From the NCBI GenBank assembly GCA_052441165.1, contig JBQVQW010000014.1, positions 799 to 64,798 on the forward strand: DNA of 64,000 bases, in the 5' to 3' direction. Position numbers and translations under genes: made by a program. Below are positions 28,486-39,163 of this stretch, piece after piece. The stretch is from Caulobacteraceae bacterium (GTDB taxonomy: Bacteria; Pseudomonadota; Alphaproteobacteria; Caulobacterales; Caulobacteraceae). Under the pieces are notes generated by a model. It worked only from the letters and a program-made list of their open reading frames with translations, had not been told where the DNA came from and did no database searches. The first letter of the stretch is position 1. Every line of letters begins with the position of its first letter.

Positions 28486-30786
28486 ATGCGCACTCTTCTC
28501 CTGTCCGCCGGGCTCGCCGCCCTGACCGCCGCCGCAGCTCCCGCCGCGCTTGCCCAGGCCGCCGTTACGACGAGCGCCATCGCCGACAATGATCCCAGCC
28601 CGCTGGCCCCCGTCAGTGTGCTGGCCACACGGACCGAGACCCGCGCGGACGAGGCCCCGGCAACCGTCACGGTCATCACGGCGGAACAGATCGAAGCCGA
28701 GCTGGCGACCGACATCAAGGACCTGATCCGCTTCGAGCCCGGCGTCAGCGTTGTGAGCCAACCCCAGCGCTTCGGCGCCGCCCTGGGCGCCGCTGGCCGC
28801 GCCGGCAATGAGGGTTTCACCATCCGCGGCCTCGGCGGCGACCGGGTCCTGATGATCGTCGACGGCGTGCGCGTCCCGGACGGTTTCGTCTTCGGCGCCC
28901 AGAGCGTCGGCCGCGGCGGCTATGCGGATCTGGATCTTATGCGCTCGGTCGAGATCCTGCGTGGCCCGGCCTCGGCCCTGTACGGCTCGGACGGAGTCGC
29001 CGGCGCCGTGGCCTTCACCACCCGCGACCCCGCCGACCTGCTACGTCCGGGCGAGAGCTTCGGCGCCCGGGCCCGCGTCGGCTACAACTCCTCGGACGCG
29101 GGGCTGACCAGGTCGGGCGTGATCGCCGGCCGCAGCGGCGCCTTCTCGGGCATGCTGGCCTGGACCGGCCGGGACAGTTCGGAGACCGAGACCCAGGGGA
29201 CGGTCACCGGCGAGGAGACCGTGCAGATTCCGGCGGGCGCAACGACTGTGCCCGGCTACAACTACAGCCTCCGCACCATCGCCAACCCGATGGCGATTTC
29301 GTCGAACGGCTGGCTGGCCAAGGGTGTCTGGGACTTCGCGCCGGGCCAGAGCCTGCGCCTGTCCTACGACCGCTATGAGAGCGAGATGGACGCCCAGGTG
29401 CTGAGCGGCCGCACGACCCGCACCGTCGCGGCTCCGCCAAGCCTCGCGACCGCCGTGCTGAACCTGACCGCTCACGACGCCACCGAGCGGGAGGCGTTCC
29501 AGCTGTCCTACCGCCTGAAGGACGTCTTCGGCCTGGAGAGCGCGCAGATCACGGCTTACCAGCAGGACGCGGCCACGCGTCAGTTCACGCTGGAAGATCG
29601 TGTCGGGATCGACCGGACCCGCGACAACACCTTCGACAATGAGGTGCTCGGCTTTTCGGCGGACGCCACCACCCTGTGGGGCGCACACCGTCTGACCGTC
29701 GGCGCCGACTGGTCGGAGATGACCCAGGAAGGCGTGCGCTCCGGCACCCTTCCCCCGGCCGGCGAAACCTTCCCGACCAGCGCCTTCCCGAAAACCGACT
29801 TCACCCTGGCCGGCGTGTTCGTACAGGACGAGATCAGTCTGCTCAACGGCGACCTGCGCATCATCCCGGCGGTGCGCTGGGACAGCTATGAGCTGACTGC
29901 CGCCAACGATCCGCTGTACCCGGGCGCGACCGCGAACCAGTCGGACAATCACGTCTCGCCAAAGCTTGGCGTGGTGTGGTGGGCCACTGATGCGTTCGGC
30001 CTGTTCGGCAACTGGGGCGAAGGCTTCAAGGCGCCGACGCCGAGCCAGGTGAACAACTATTTCGCCAACCTGGCCTTCGGCTACACCTCGGCGCCGAACC
30101 CGAACCTGCGTCCCGAAACCAGCCAGAGCCTCGAGTTCGGCGCGCGGGTCCGCAACGTGCCGGTGTTCGGCGGTCAGGTCTCGGGTCAGGCCGTGGTCTT
30201 CCGGTCCGACTACGAGGACTTCATCAGCCAGCAGGTGGTATCGGGCGCCGGCACCCCGGCCGATCCGATGGTCTATCAATGGGTGAACTTCACGGACGTG
30301 CAGATTTCGGGCTTCGAGGCGAAGGCGAACGCGTGGTGGGACAACGGCGTGAGCGCCCGCTTCGCCTTCGCCTATGCCGATGGCGAGACCACCAGCGCCG
30401 GCGTGACTCGCCAGCTGCCGTCGATCGACCCGATCAAGGTCGTGTTCGGCCTCGGCTACGATGATCCGGCCGGCCGCTTCGGCGGTCAGGCGATCGCCAC
30501 CTGGTCCCAGGCCAAGGATCGCGAGGATACCGACGGCCTCGGCTGCTACAGCGCCACCAACCCGGCCGTCTTCTGCGCCGTCGGGGACGATTTCGCCCTG
30601 CTGGACCTGACCGCCTACTGGAACGTCAACGAGCAGGTCACCGCCCGGGCGGGCGTCTTCAACGTGTTCGACGAGAAGTACAGCTGGTGGAGCGATGTCC
30701 GCGGCGTGTCGGGGACCTCGGCCATTCTGGACGCCTACACTCAGCCAGGCCGAAACTTCGGCGTCTCGCTGGCCTTGCGGTACTGA
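28486..30786 (+). CDS. TonB-dependent hemin/hemoglobin-type receptor
   Basis: Signal peptide, TonB box APVSVLATR, plug (FTIRGLGGDRVLMIVDG, VEILRGPASALYGSD), FKAP and NPNLRPE motifs, C-terminal PGRNFGVSLALRY. Confidence 0.93.
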   Translation: MRTLLLSAGLAALTAAAAPAALAQAAVTTSAIADNDPSPLAPVSVLATRTETRADEAPATVTVITAEQIEAELATDIKDLIRFEPGVSVVSQPQRFGAALGAAGRAGNEGFTIRGLGGDRVLMIVDGVRVPDGFVFGAQSVGRGGYADLDLMRSVEILRGPASALYGSDGVAGAVAFTTRDPADLLRPGESFGARARVGYNSSDAGLTRSGVIAGRSGAFSGMLAWTGRDSSETETQGTVTGEETVQIPAGATTVPGYNYSLRTIANPMAISSNGWLAKGVWDFAPGQSLRLSYDRYESEMDAQVLSGRTTRTVAAPPSLATAVLNLTAHDATEREAFQLSYRLKDVFGLESAQITAYQQDAATRQFTLEDRVGIDRTRDNTFDNEVLGFSADATTLWGAHRLTVGADWSEMTQEGVRSGTLPPAGETFPTSAFPKTDFTLAGVFVQDEISLLNGDLRIIPAVRWDSYELTAANDPLYPGATANQSDNHVSPKLGVVWWATDAFGLFGNWGEGFKAPTPSQVNNYFANLAFGYTSAPNPNLRPETSQSLEFGARVRNVPVFGGQVSGQAVVFRSDYEDFISQQVVSGAGTPADPMVYQWVNFTDVQISGFEAKANAWWDNGVSARFAFAYADGETTSAGVTRQLPSIDPIKVVFGLGYDDPAGRFGGQAIATWSQAKDREDTDGLGCYSATNPAVFCAVGDDFALLDLTAYWNVNEQVTARAGVFNVFDEKYSWWSDVRGVSGTSAILDAYTQPGRNFGVSLALRY

Positions 30787-30802
30787 GCGGCAACATCGAT
30801 AA

Positions 30803-30817
30803 CGCGACTAATTCTCA
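30803..30817. promoter_or_regulatory. Second, degenerate Fur-like box
   Basis: CGCGA-ctaat-TCTCA (reverse: TGAGA-N5-TCGCG) in the short spacer before the next gene. Confidence 0.4.
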
Positions 30818-30833
30818 TCTGGGGAAACCGAAC

Positions 30834-31841
30834 ATGCGCCGTGCACTGCTTCTGACATCCATCCTGGCCGCTGTTGCGGTGGCCGCCCCCGCCCTCGCCC
30901 AGACCCCGACGATGGCCGCTCCGGCCACGGCTGCGTCGGAAGCTCCCGTCAGCCAGTTCGAGCGAGATCGCCAGTCGATCCTCGCCCAGGCCGGCACGAT
31001 GCGGGTGCGCTTCGACATGCGCGAGAACGTCAGCTTCCGCGCCGGCTACGAGCCACTGGAAGAGAAGCTGTCGGCCGGCAACGAGATCGTTCGCGTCGTT
31101 TACGACGACGGCGATCGCATCAGCCTGCAGCACATCCTCGTCATGAGCGATGACGCCGGCAACCACATGGTCATCAAGCACTGGCGTCAGGACTGGGTGT
31201 ACCAGCCAGAAACCGTGCTGACCTATGCCGGTCCGGACCACTGGACCGTGACCCCGGTTTCGCCCGAGGAGCGTCGGGGCGCCTGGTCGCAGACCGTGTG
31301 GCAGACCGATGACTCCCCGCGCTACGGCGGGGTCGGCCGTTGGGACTACGACCATGGCGTCGCCGAATGGACCAGCAACGCCACCTGGCGTCCGCTGGCC
31401 CGGCGCGACGCGGTCCGCAATCCGATCTACGACCGCTACCTGGGCACCAACCGCCACGCCCTGACGCCGGCGGGCTGGGTCCACATCCAGGACAATATGA
31501 AGATGGGCCCGGCCGAGGGCGATGCGGGCGAACTGACCGCCATCGTCCAGGAAGACGTGATCAACACCTATCGCCACGTCGACAACTATGACCCCGCGCC
31601 GGGCGACGCCTACTGGGCGGCGACGAAGGACTACTGGGCCGGCGTTCGCGCCGCCTGGGACGAGGTCGCGAACCGCAACGGCGGCATCTACCTCGAGGAA
31701 GAAGCCAATCGCGGCGCGGTCACCGGCAAGCCGCTGATGGACTGGGCCGAGGAAATCCAGGCCGGGACGCTGACGACCGAGACCGGCATTGCACAGGCCC
31801 GCGAACTGATCGCCCGCGCCACGGTGGAGCCCGGTGCGTAG
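30834..31841 (+). CDS. Secreted DUF6607-like protein
   Basis: Signal peptide; FERDRQSILA, ISLQHILV, KHWRQDW, DDSPRY, WRPLARRD. Family recognised by eye. Confidence 0.75.
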   Translation: MRRALLLTSILAAVAVAAPALAQTPTMAAPATAASEAPVSQFERDRQSILAQAGTMRVRFDMRENVSFRAGYEPLEEKLSAGNEIVRVVYDDGDRISLQHILVMSDDAGNHMVIKHWRQDWVYQPETVLTYAGPDHWTVTPVSPEERRGAWSQTVWQTDDSPRYGGVGRWDYDHGVAEWTSNATWRPLARRDAVRNPIYDRYLGTNRHALTPAGWVHIQDNMKMGPAEGDAGELTAIVQEDVINTYRHVDNYDPAPGDAYWAATKDYWAGVRAAWDEVANRNGGIYLEEEANRGAVTGKPLMDWAEEIQAGTLTTETGIAQARELIARATVEPGA

Positions 31842-31867
31842 TCGCACGCACGCATCGGGTCGTGGGG

Positions 31868-31902
31868 AAAGGGGACGTCGGAATGGCGTCCCCTTTTCTT
31901 TT
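31868..31902. terminator. Bidirectional intrinsic terminator
   Basis: aaaggggacg...cgtccccttttctttt between convergent genes. Confidence 0.75.
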
Positions 31903-31907
31903 GGCGG

Positions 31908-32297
31908 TCAGGCCGCCGCGACCGCCTCGATCTCGACGAGCCAGGCCTCGTCGAAAATGCCCGTAACAATGACCGTCAGGGACGTCTGGCGCCCGCCGAG
32001 ACGGCGAATGCGGACCTCGCGGTTCTCGAGGGCGTACTTCCGGTCGGACAGGAAGGTCGTCACCTTCACAAGATTATCCAGCGTCATCCCGGCGGCGCGG
32101 AGCTGGGTCTCGAGATTGTCCCAGACCTGCTCGCACTGCTTCGTGAAGTCGGGCGCGAGCGAACCGTCCGGCGCGACCGGAATCTGGCCGGACAGATACA
32201 GCCAGCGGCTCGCCCCGCTGACCTCACAGGCCTGTGCGTACTCGCCCTCCGCCGGCGGCGAGCCGTCGCCGGTCAGAGGGCGGATATTCAGGGTCAC
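31908..32297 (-). CDS. Rid (YjgF/YER057c/UK114) family protein
   Basis: YAQA, LYLSGQIP, NLETQLRAAGMTLDNLVKVTTFL, LVEIEAVA. The GTG start overlaps the upstream stop (GTGA). Confidence 0.88.
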   Translation of the reverse strand: MTLNIRPLTGDGSPPAEGEYAQACEVSGASRWLYLSGQIPVAPDGSLAPDFTKQCEQVWDNLETQLRAAGMTLDNLVKVTTFLSDRKYALENREVRIRRLGGRQTSLTVIVTGIFDEAWLVEIEAVAAA

Positions 32298-33916
32298 CGG
32301 CGCGCGGCCGCGGAACGGGCCCGCACCTGACCGAACTCGGAGGTGGGCTTCCAGCCGGGCCAGTCGCTGCTGTTGGCGAGGTCGAGCCCCAGCCGGTATA
32401 GCAGCGTGAGATTCTCGACCGCCGAGGTGAAGTTCAGGTCGGCCGACCACTCGTCCGACGGCTTGTGATAGTCGGCCGCGAACTTCGCACGCCACGCCGC
32501 CTCGCCGGCTTCACGGCCGCCTTCGACCCAGTCCCAGCCATGCCAGGGCATCAGGGCCGGAACGCCGGCGCGGGCGAACGGGAAGTGGTCCGAGCGGTAG
32601 TAGAAGCCCTCCGCGGGCATGCCATCGTCCGAAATGTAGCGACCAAGCGGCTCGGCCAGAGCGCCGAGCCGGTCTTCGAGCTCGTTCTGGCCCTTGCCGA
32701 AGATGGCGATGTCACGGGTCGATGGCGACAGGGGCAACATGTCGATGTTGATGTCGGCGACGGTCGTCTCCAGCGGATAGACCGGATCGGCGGCATAGGC
32801 GTAGGCGCCCAGCAGACCCATCTCCTCGGCCGCCATGTGGGCGAAGACGATGGTGCGCTGCGGACGCGGCGCACGGCTCAGCTGGCGAGCCATCTCCAGC
32901 ACGCCGATGGTGCCGGAGGCGTTGTCCCAGGCGCCGTTCCAGATCCTGTCACCCTCGACGCCCGGATGCTGGGCCTCGCCGCCGACGTGATCCCAGTGGG
33001 CCGAATAGATGATCGTCTCGTTCGGACGCGCCGAGCCCTCGATCTTCGCCAGCAGGTTATGAGTGACGAGAGTGTCGATCGTCTCCGACGCATCGACCGA
33101 CAGCTTGATGCCGTTCAGCTGGACGGCGCGGAATTGCCCGCTGGCGGTGTTGGCCAAGGCGTCCATCGACAGGCCGGCGGCCATCGCCCATGCGTGGGCG
33201 GTGTCGTGGTTGATGACGCCCGAGAACTCGAGGTCGGCGGCGCCCGGGGTCAGGGTGCGGGTGCGGCTGCTGGCGCGGACCGTCCCTTGCCAGGCCGGCG
33301 CCGTCGCCGGCTGGGGCAGCAGGGTGATCACGCCGACCGCGCCGCGGCGGAAGGCCTCGTCGGCCTTGTATGCGCCTGACTGGTAGTTGGTGGCGTATTC
33401 GCCGTTGAAGAGCGCTCCGTCCGGCTCACCGGAGATGACGACGACGACCTTCCCGCGGACGTCGAGATCGCCGTAGTCGTCCCAGTTCCGCTCCGGAGCG
33501 GTGATGCCGTAACCGGCGAAGACCACGCCCGCATCGCGGACCGAGGCCCGTCCGTCGTTGGTCACCGCGCGCAGGACGATATCGTTTCCGACGGCCAGAG
33601 GATGCACAGCGCCGTCAGGCCCGGTCCAGTTGGCGGTCGCGCCGGCGACGGGGGTGTAGCGCTTCAGCTCGACCCGCTGGAGCCACTGGCCGTTCGGGCC
33701 GCCGGGCTGGAGGCCCATGGCCTCGTACTGGGCCTGAAGCCACTCCAGCGTCATGCGCTCGCCGTCGGTGCCGGGGTAGCGGCCCTGGAAGCTGTCGGCG
33801 CTGATGGTGCGGATGCCGTCGCTGAGAGCCTGGGCGGTGAAGTCCTGCGCGGCGGAAACGCCCGCAGCGAGGAGAACGGCGGCCATGGCGACGCCGCCGG
33901 TCAGTTTGCGGAACAT
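32294..33916 (-). CDS. M28 family metallopeptidase with PA domain (secreted)
   Basis: SADSFQGRYPGT, SAHWDH, NGAWDNASG, AAEEMGLLG, NIDM, RSDHFPF, DYHKPSDE. Confidence 0.92.
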   Translation of the reverse strand: MFRKLTGGVAMAAVLLAAGVSAAQDFTAQALSDGIRTISADSFQGRYPGTDGERMTLEWLQAQYEAMGLQPGGPNGQWLQRVELKRYTPVAGATANWTGPDGAVHPLAVGNDIVLRAVTNDGRASVRDAGVVFAGYGITAPERNWDDYGDLDVRGKVVVVISGEPDGALFNGEYATNYQSGAYKADEAFRRGAVGVITLLPQPATAPAWQGTVRASSRTRTLTPGAADLEFSGVINHDTAHAWAMAAGLSMDALANTASGQFRAVQLNGIKLSVDASETIDTLVTHNLLAKIEGSARPNETIIYSAHWDHVGGEAQHPGVEGDRIWNGAWDNASGTIGVLEMARQLSRAPRPQRTIVFAHMAAEEMGLLGAYAYAADPVYPLETTVADINIDMLPLSPSTRDIAIFGKGQNELEDRLGALAEPLGRYISDDGMPAEGFYYRSDHFPFARAGVPALMPWHGWDWVEGGREAGEAAWRAKFAADYHKPSDEWSADLNFTSAVENLTLLYRLGLDLANSSDWPGWKPTSEFGQVRARSAAARR

Positions 33917-33999
33917 GAAAATGGGCTCCATCCCGGATCAGATGGAGCCCATTCTAGGACGGTCGGCGCGAACGCGGCCCATTACCTTTTCGTCATGAA

Positions 34000-35658
<1,659 letters not shown>

Positions 35659-35738
35659 GAACGGGACACCCTCAGCCTTTGAACAGGGGGCGGACGTTAG
35701 GGCGCCGCTTCAGGCCTGTCGATGCGACGCAGGCGACG

Positions 35739-35769
35739 AAAAACCCGCCGGAGCGAGGCTCCGGCGGGT
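35739..35769 (-). terminator. Intrinsic terminator of petABC
   Basis: 12-bp stem acccgccggagc/gctccggcgggt followed by a U-tract on the minus strand. Confidence 0.75.
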
Positions 35770-35795
35770 CGATGGTGTCAGCCTGTCAGGCCGCC

Positions 35796-36671
35796 CTAGT
35801 GGGCGACGCCCTTCCAGATCCGGCGGTACGACAGATAGGTCACGCCGGCGAACAGGAAGAGGAAGATGAGCACGCCCACGCCGGTCTGCTTGCGCTGGAC
35901 CTGCTTGGGATCGGAAGCCCAGGCGATGTAGGCGGCGACGTCCTTGGCCATCTGGTCGACCGAGGCGGTGGTGCCGTCGTCATAGGTCACCTGACCGGCG
36001 CGCAGCGGGTTCGGCATGGCGATGAAGCCGCCGGGAGGCACGTGGCCCGCATCGCCGGTCCAGAACGGCGACAGGTCGCCGGCCATGTACTCGTTGTAGT
36101 TCTGGCCCGGACGAATCTGCAGACCGGCCGGCGCCGGCTTGTAGCCCACCAGCAGCGAGTAGATGTAGTTGGCGCCGCCGTGACGGGCCTTGGCCATGAC
36201 CGACAGGTCGGGCGGAGCCGCGCCGCCGTTGGCCGCGGCCGCGGCCGTGGCGTTCGGGTACGGGTTGGGGAAGCGGTCGGCGGGCGTGCCGTCGCGCATC
36301 ACCGGCTCACCGGTCTCGGTGTCGATGTCGGCGATCTGGAACTCTTTCGACAGCGCGCGCACGAACCGGTTCTCCGCCGGGCTGGCCTGGTGCGAGTCGT
36401 AGAACGGACCGCCCGGCTCGGCCAGGGTGCGGAAGTGCATCAGGTCCATGCTGTGGCACGAGGCGCAGACCTCGCGATAGACCTTGTAGCCGCGCTGCAG
36501 CTGGCCCTGGTGGAAGGCGCCGAACGGACCGTCGAAGCTGAAGCCGCCGTCCCGCAGGGCGTGGCCCTCGCCACCGGCCGCCATCGCGGGGGTGGACAGG
36601 GCCAGGCCGGCCGCGGCAGCGATCAGGACCAGGGTCTTCTTCATGGAGATCATCGAAGTCTTGAGGGTCAT
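35796..36671 (-). CDS. petC: Cytochrome c1
   Basis: LQRGYKVYREVCASCH heme motif, PPDLSVMAKAR, IAMP, C-terminal TM helix. Confidence 0.96.
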   Translation of the reverse strand: MTLKTSMISMKKTLVLIAAAAGLALSTPAMAAGGEGHALRDGGFSFDGPFGAFHQGQLQRGYKVYREVCASCHSMDLMHFRTLAEPGGPFYDSHQASPAENRFVRALSKEFQIADIDTETGEPVMRDGTPADRFPNPYPNATAAAAANGGAAPPDLSVMAKARHGGANYIYSLLVGYKPAPAGLQIRPGQNYNEYMAGDLSPFWTGDAGHVPPGGFIAMPNPLRAGQVTYDDGTTASVDQMAKDVAAYIAWASDPKQVQRKQTGVGVLIFLFLFAGVTYLSYRRIWKGVAH

Positions 36672-36679
36672 GGTCGCGA

Positions 36680-37975
36680 TCAGCCCTTGTGTTCTTCGCC
36701 GCCCAGGACGGGCTCGGAGATCGTGGCCGGGATCGGCAGCGGCTTCTCCTTCAGACCGACCAGCGGCATGATCACGAGGAAGAAGGCGAAGTAGTACAGC
36801 GTCGCGAAGCGGGTGAGCCACAGGTAGCTGTTCAGGTCGCCGTCGATCAGGGTGAAGGTCTTGAAGCTGCCGATCACCGGAGCATCCGGAAGCTGGGCTC
36901 CGCACCAGCCGAGCAGCAGTCCGACGACCACGAACACGATGAAGAAGGTGCGCATCGTCGGGCGGTAGCGCATCGAACGCACCTTCGACGTGTCGAGCCA
37001 CGGCAGCACGAACAGCACGCCGATCGCCGCGAACATGGCCACCACGCCGCCGAACTTGTCCGGCACCGCGCGAAGGATCGCGTAGAAGGGCAGCATGTAC
37101 CACTCGGGCACGATGTGCGCCGGCGTCTGCAGCGGGTTGGCCGGAATGTAGTTGTCGGCGTGGCCCAGGGCGTTCGGCATGAAGAAGACGAACAGGGCGA
37201 ACAGCATCAGGAAAAGGATGATCGCAAAGCCGTCCTTGACCGTGAAATACGGGTGGAACGGGACGGTGTCCTTCTTCTCGCGGTCCTTCGGGATCAGGAT
37301 GCCGACCGGGTTGTTCTGACCGGCGTGGTGCAGGGCCCACAGGTGGAGGACCACGCAGCCTGCGATCACGAACGGCAGCAGGTAGTGCAGTGAGAAGAAG
37401 CGGTTCAGCGTCGCGTTGTCGATCGCCGGGCCGCCGCGCAGCCAGATCAGGATCGGCTCGCCGACGACGGGGATGGCCCCGATCAGGTTGGTGATGACCT
37501 CGGCGCCCCAGTAGGACATCTGGCCCCACGGCAGCACGTAGCCGAGGAAGGCGGTGGCGATCATCAGGAAGAAGATCAGGCAGCCGACGATCCAGATCAT
37601 CTCGCGCGGCGCCTTGTAGGACCCGTAGTACAGGCCCCGCAGCATGTGGAGGTACACCGCGATGAAGAACATCGAGGCGCCGTTGGCGTGGGTGTAGCGG
37701 ATCAGGTCGCCGCCGTTGACGTCACGCATGATGCGCTCGACCGAGGCGAAGGCCATCTCGGTGTTCGGCACATAGTGCATGGCCAGCACGATGCCGGTCG
37801 CGATCTGCGTGACCAGGCACAGCGCCAGAATGCCGCCGAAGGTCCACCAGTAGTTGAGGTTCTTCGGGGTCGGCAGCGACATGTAGTCGGCGCCGAAGCG
37901 GACGATCGGAAGACGGGTGTCGAGCCATTTCTCGACGGCGGTCTTCGGGACGTAGGTGGATTCGTGAGCGCTCAT
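36680..37975 (-). CDS. petB: Cytochrome b
   Basis: [37 protein letters not shown]. Confidence 0.98.
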   Translation of the reverse strand: MSAHESTYVPKTAVEKWLDTRLPIVRFGADYMSLPTPKNLNYWWTFGGILALCLVTQIATGIVLAMHYVPNTEMAFASVERIMRDVNGGDLIRYTHANGASMFFIAVYLHMLRGLYYGSYKAPREMIWIVGCLIFFLMIATAFLGYVLPWGQMSYWGAEVITNLIGAIPVVGEPILIWLRGGPAIDNATLNRFFSLHYLLPFVIAGCVVLHLWALHHAGQNNPVGILIPKDREKKDTVPFHPYFTVKDGFAIILFLMLFALFVFFMPNALGHADNYIPANPLQTPAHIVPEWYMLPFYAILRAVPDKFGGVVAMFAAIGVLFVLPWLDTSKVRSMRYRPTMRTFFIVFVVVGLLLGWCGAQLPDAPVIGSFKTFTLIDGDLNSYLWLTRFATLYYFAFFLVIMPLVGLKEKPLPIPATISEPVLGGEEHKG

Positions 37976-37992
37976 CGTTCTCTCGTACGTCC

Positions 37993-38526
37993 TCAGCCGA
38001 TCTTGATACGGGTGTCGGACACGAACTCGTAGGTCGGCACCGGCAGGTTGAGGGGAGCCGGACCCTTACGGATGCGGCCCGAGGCGTCGTAGTGCGAGCC
38101 GTGGCACGGGCAGAACCAGCCGCCGAAATCGCCGGTGCCGAAGGTCGGCACACAGCCCAGGTGGGTGCAGTTACCCAGCACAACCAGATACTGGTGGTGA
38201 CCGTCCTTGGTGCGGGCGGTATCGCTTTCCGGCGGGCTGCCGACGTTCGGCTCGCCGGCCAGGGTCTGCAACTCGGCCGGGGTGCGGTAGCGCACGAAAA
38301 CCGGCTTGCCCTGCCATTTGATCACGACCTGCTGTCCTTCCTGGACCTTGGTCATGTCGAATTCGATCGAGGCCAGCGCCAGCGTGTCGGCCGCCGGGTT
38401 CATCTGGTTGATCAGCGGCCAGGCGGCCATTGCGCCGGCGCCCACAGCGGCCGCACCGGCCGCAATGTGAATGAAGTCCCGGCGGGTGGCGTCGCCGCCT
38501 TCACCTTCAACGACCGATTCGGCCAC
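37993..38526 (-). CDS. petA: Rieske iron-sulfur subunit
   Basis: Tat motif RRDF; CTHLGC and CPCHGS. Confidence 0.98.
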   Translation of the reverse strand: MAESVVEGEGGDATRRDFIHIAAGAAAVGAGAMAAWPLINQMNPAADTLALASIEFDMTKVQEGQQVVIKWQGKPVFVRYRTPAELQTLAGEPNVGSPPESDTARTKDGHHQYLVVLGNCTHLGCVPTFGTGDFGGWFCPCHGSHYDASGRIRKGPAPLNLPVPTYEFVSDTRIKIG

Positions 38527-38657
38527 GTGTCACTCCGTCGTACGCCGGATTCCACGCCCGGGAAGGAGCATGGCGATACGGCATGGATGCTGTGCGAAAA
38601 CCCGAACCTCCCGTCCGGCCCAATTTGGCGCGGTTTCCCGCAACCCGCTGACGTTTC

Positions 38658-38674
38658 TTGCGAAACGTTCGCAA
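38658..38674. promoter_or_regulatory. Fur-box-like palindrome between the divergent petA and trmL
   Basis: TTGCGAA-acg-TTCGCAA perfect 7-3-7 inverted repeat; same core as 28435-28449. Confidence 0.55.
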
Positions 38675-38720
38675 ATCAGACCGCGACAAGCCCCCGGGCC
38701 GCGCGTATGAGGGCCTTAGA

Positions 38721-39161
38721 ATGCGTCTCGCCCTTTTTCAACCAGCCATTCCGCAGAACGTCGGGGCCTGCATCCGACTGAGCGCCTGTTTCGGCGTCGA
38801 ACTGCATGTGATCGAACCCACCGGCTTCCGTTTCGACGACCGGGCGATGAAGCGCGCGGCGCTGGATTACGGGCCTCTGGGGCACATGACGCGCCACGCG
38901 GAGTGGGAGGCCTTCCAGCGGGATCGCCGCCCCGGGCGTCTGGTGCTGTTCACCACAAAAGGCGCCACGCCGTTGCAGGAATTCGACTTCCGGCCGGACG
39001 ACATCCTGCTGTTCGGCTCCGAACCGACCGGTGCGCCCGACTACGTCCACGAGGCCGCGGACGCCCGGGTGGTGATTCCGCTCGAGCCCGGCGCCCGGTC
39101 GCTGAACCTGTCGGTCAGCGCCGGGATCGCGGTCTGGGAAGCGTTGCGAGCCGGCCGCTAG
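38721..39161 (+). CDS. trmL: tRNA (cytidine/uridine-34 2'-O)-methyltransferase
   Basis: IPQNVGACIR, KRAALDY, LLFGSEPTG, RSLNLS (SPOUT). Confidence 0.93.
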   Translation: MRLALFQPAIPQNVGACIRLSACFGVELHVIEPTGFRFDDRAMKRAALDYGPLGHMTRHAEWEAFQRDRRPGRLVLFTTKGATPLQEFDFRPDDILLFGSEPTGAPDYVHEAADARVVIPLEPGARSLNLSVSAGIAVWEALRAGR

Positions 39162-39163
39162 AC

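Noticed and set aside
35796-37529. 577-aa ORF suggesting an extended or fused cytochrome c1
   Set aside because: The upstream part overlaps petB in another frame and is low-complexity. PetC starts at about 36671.
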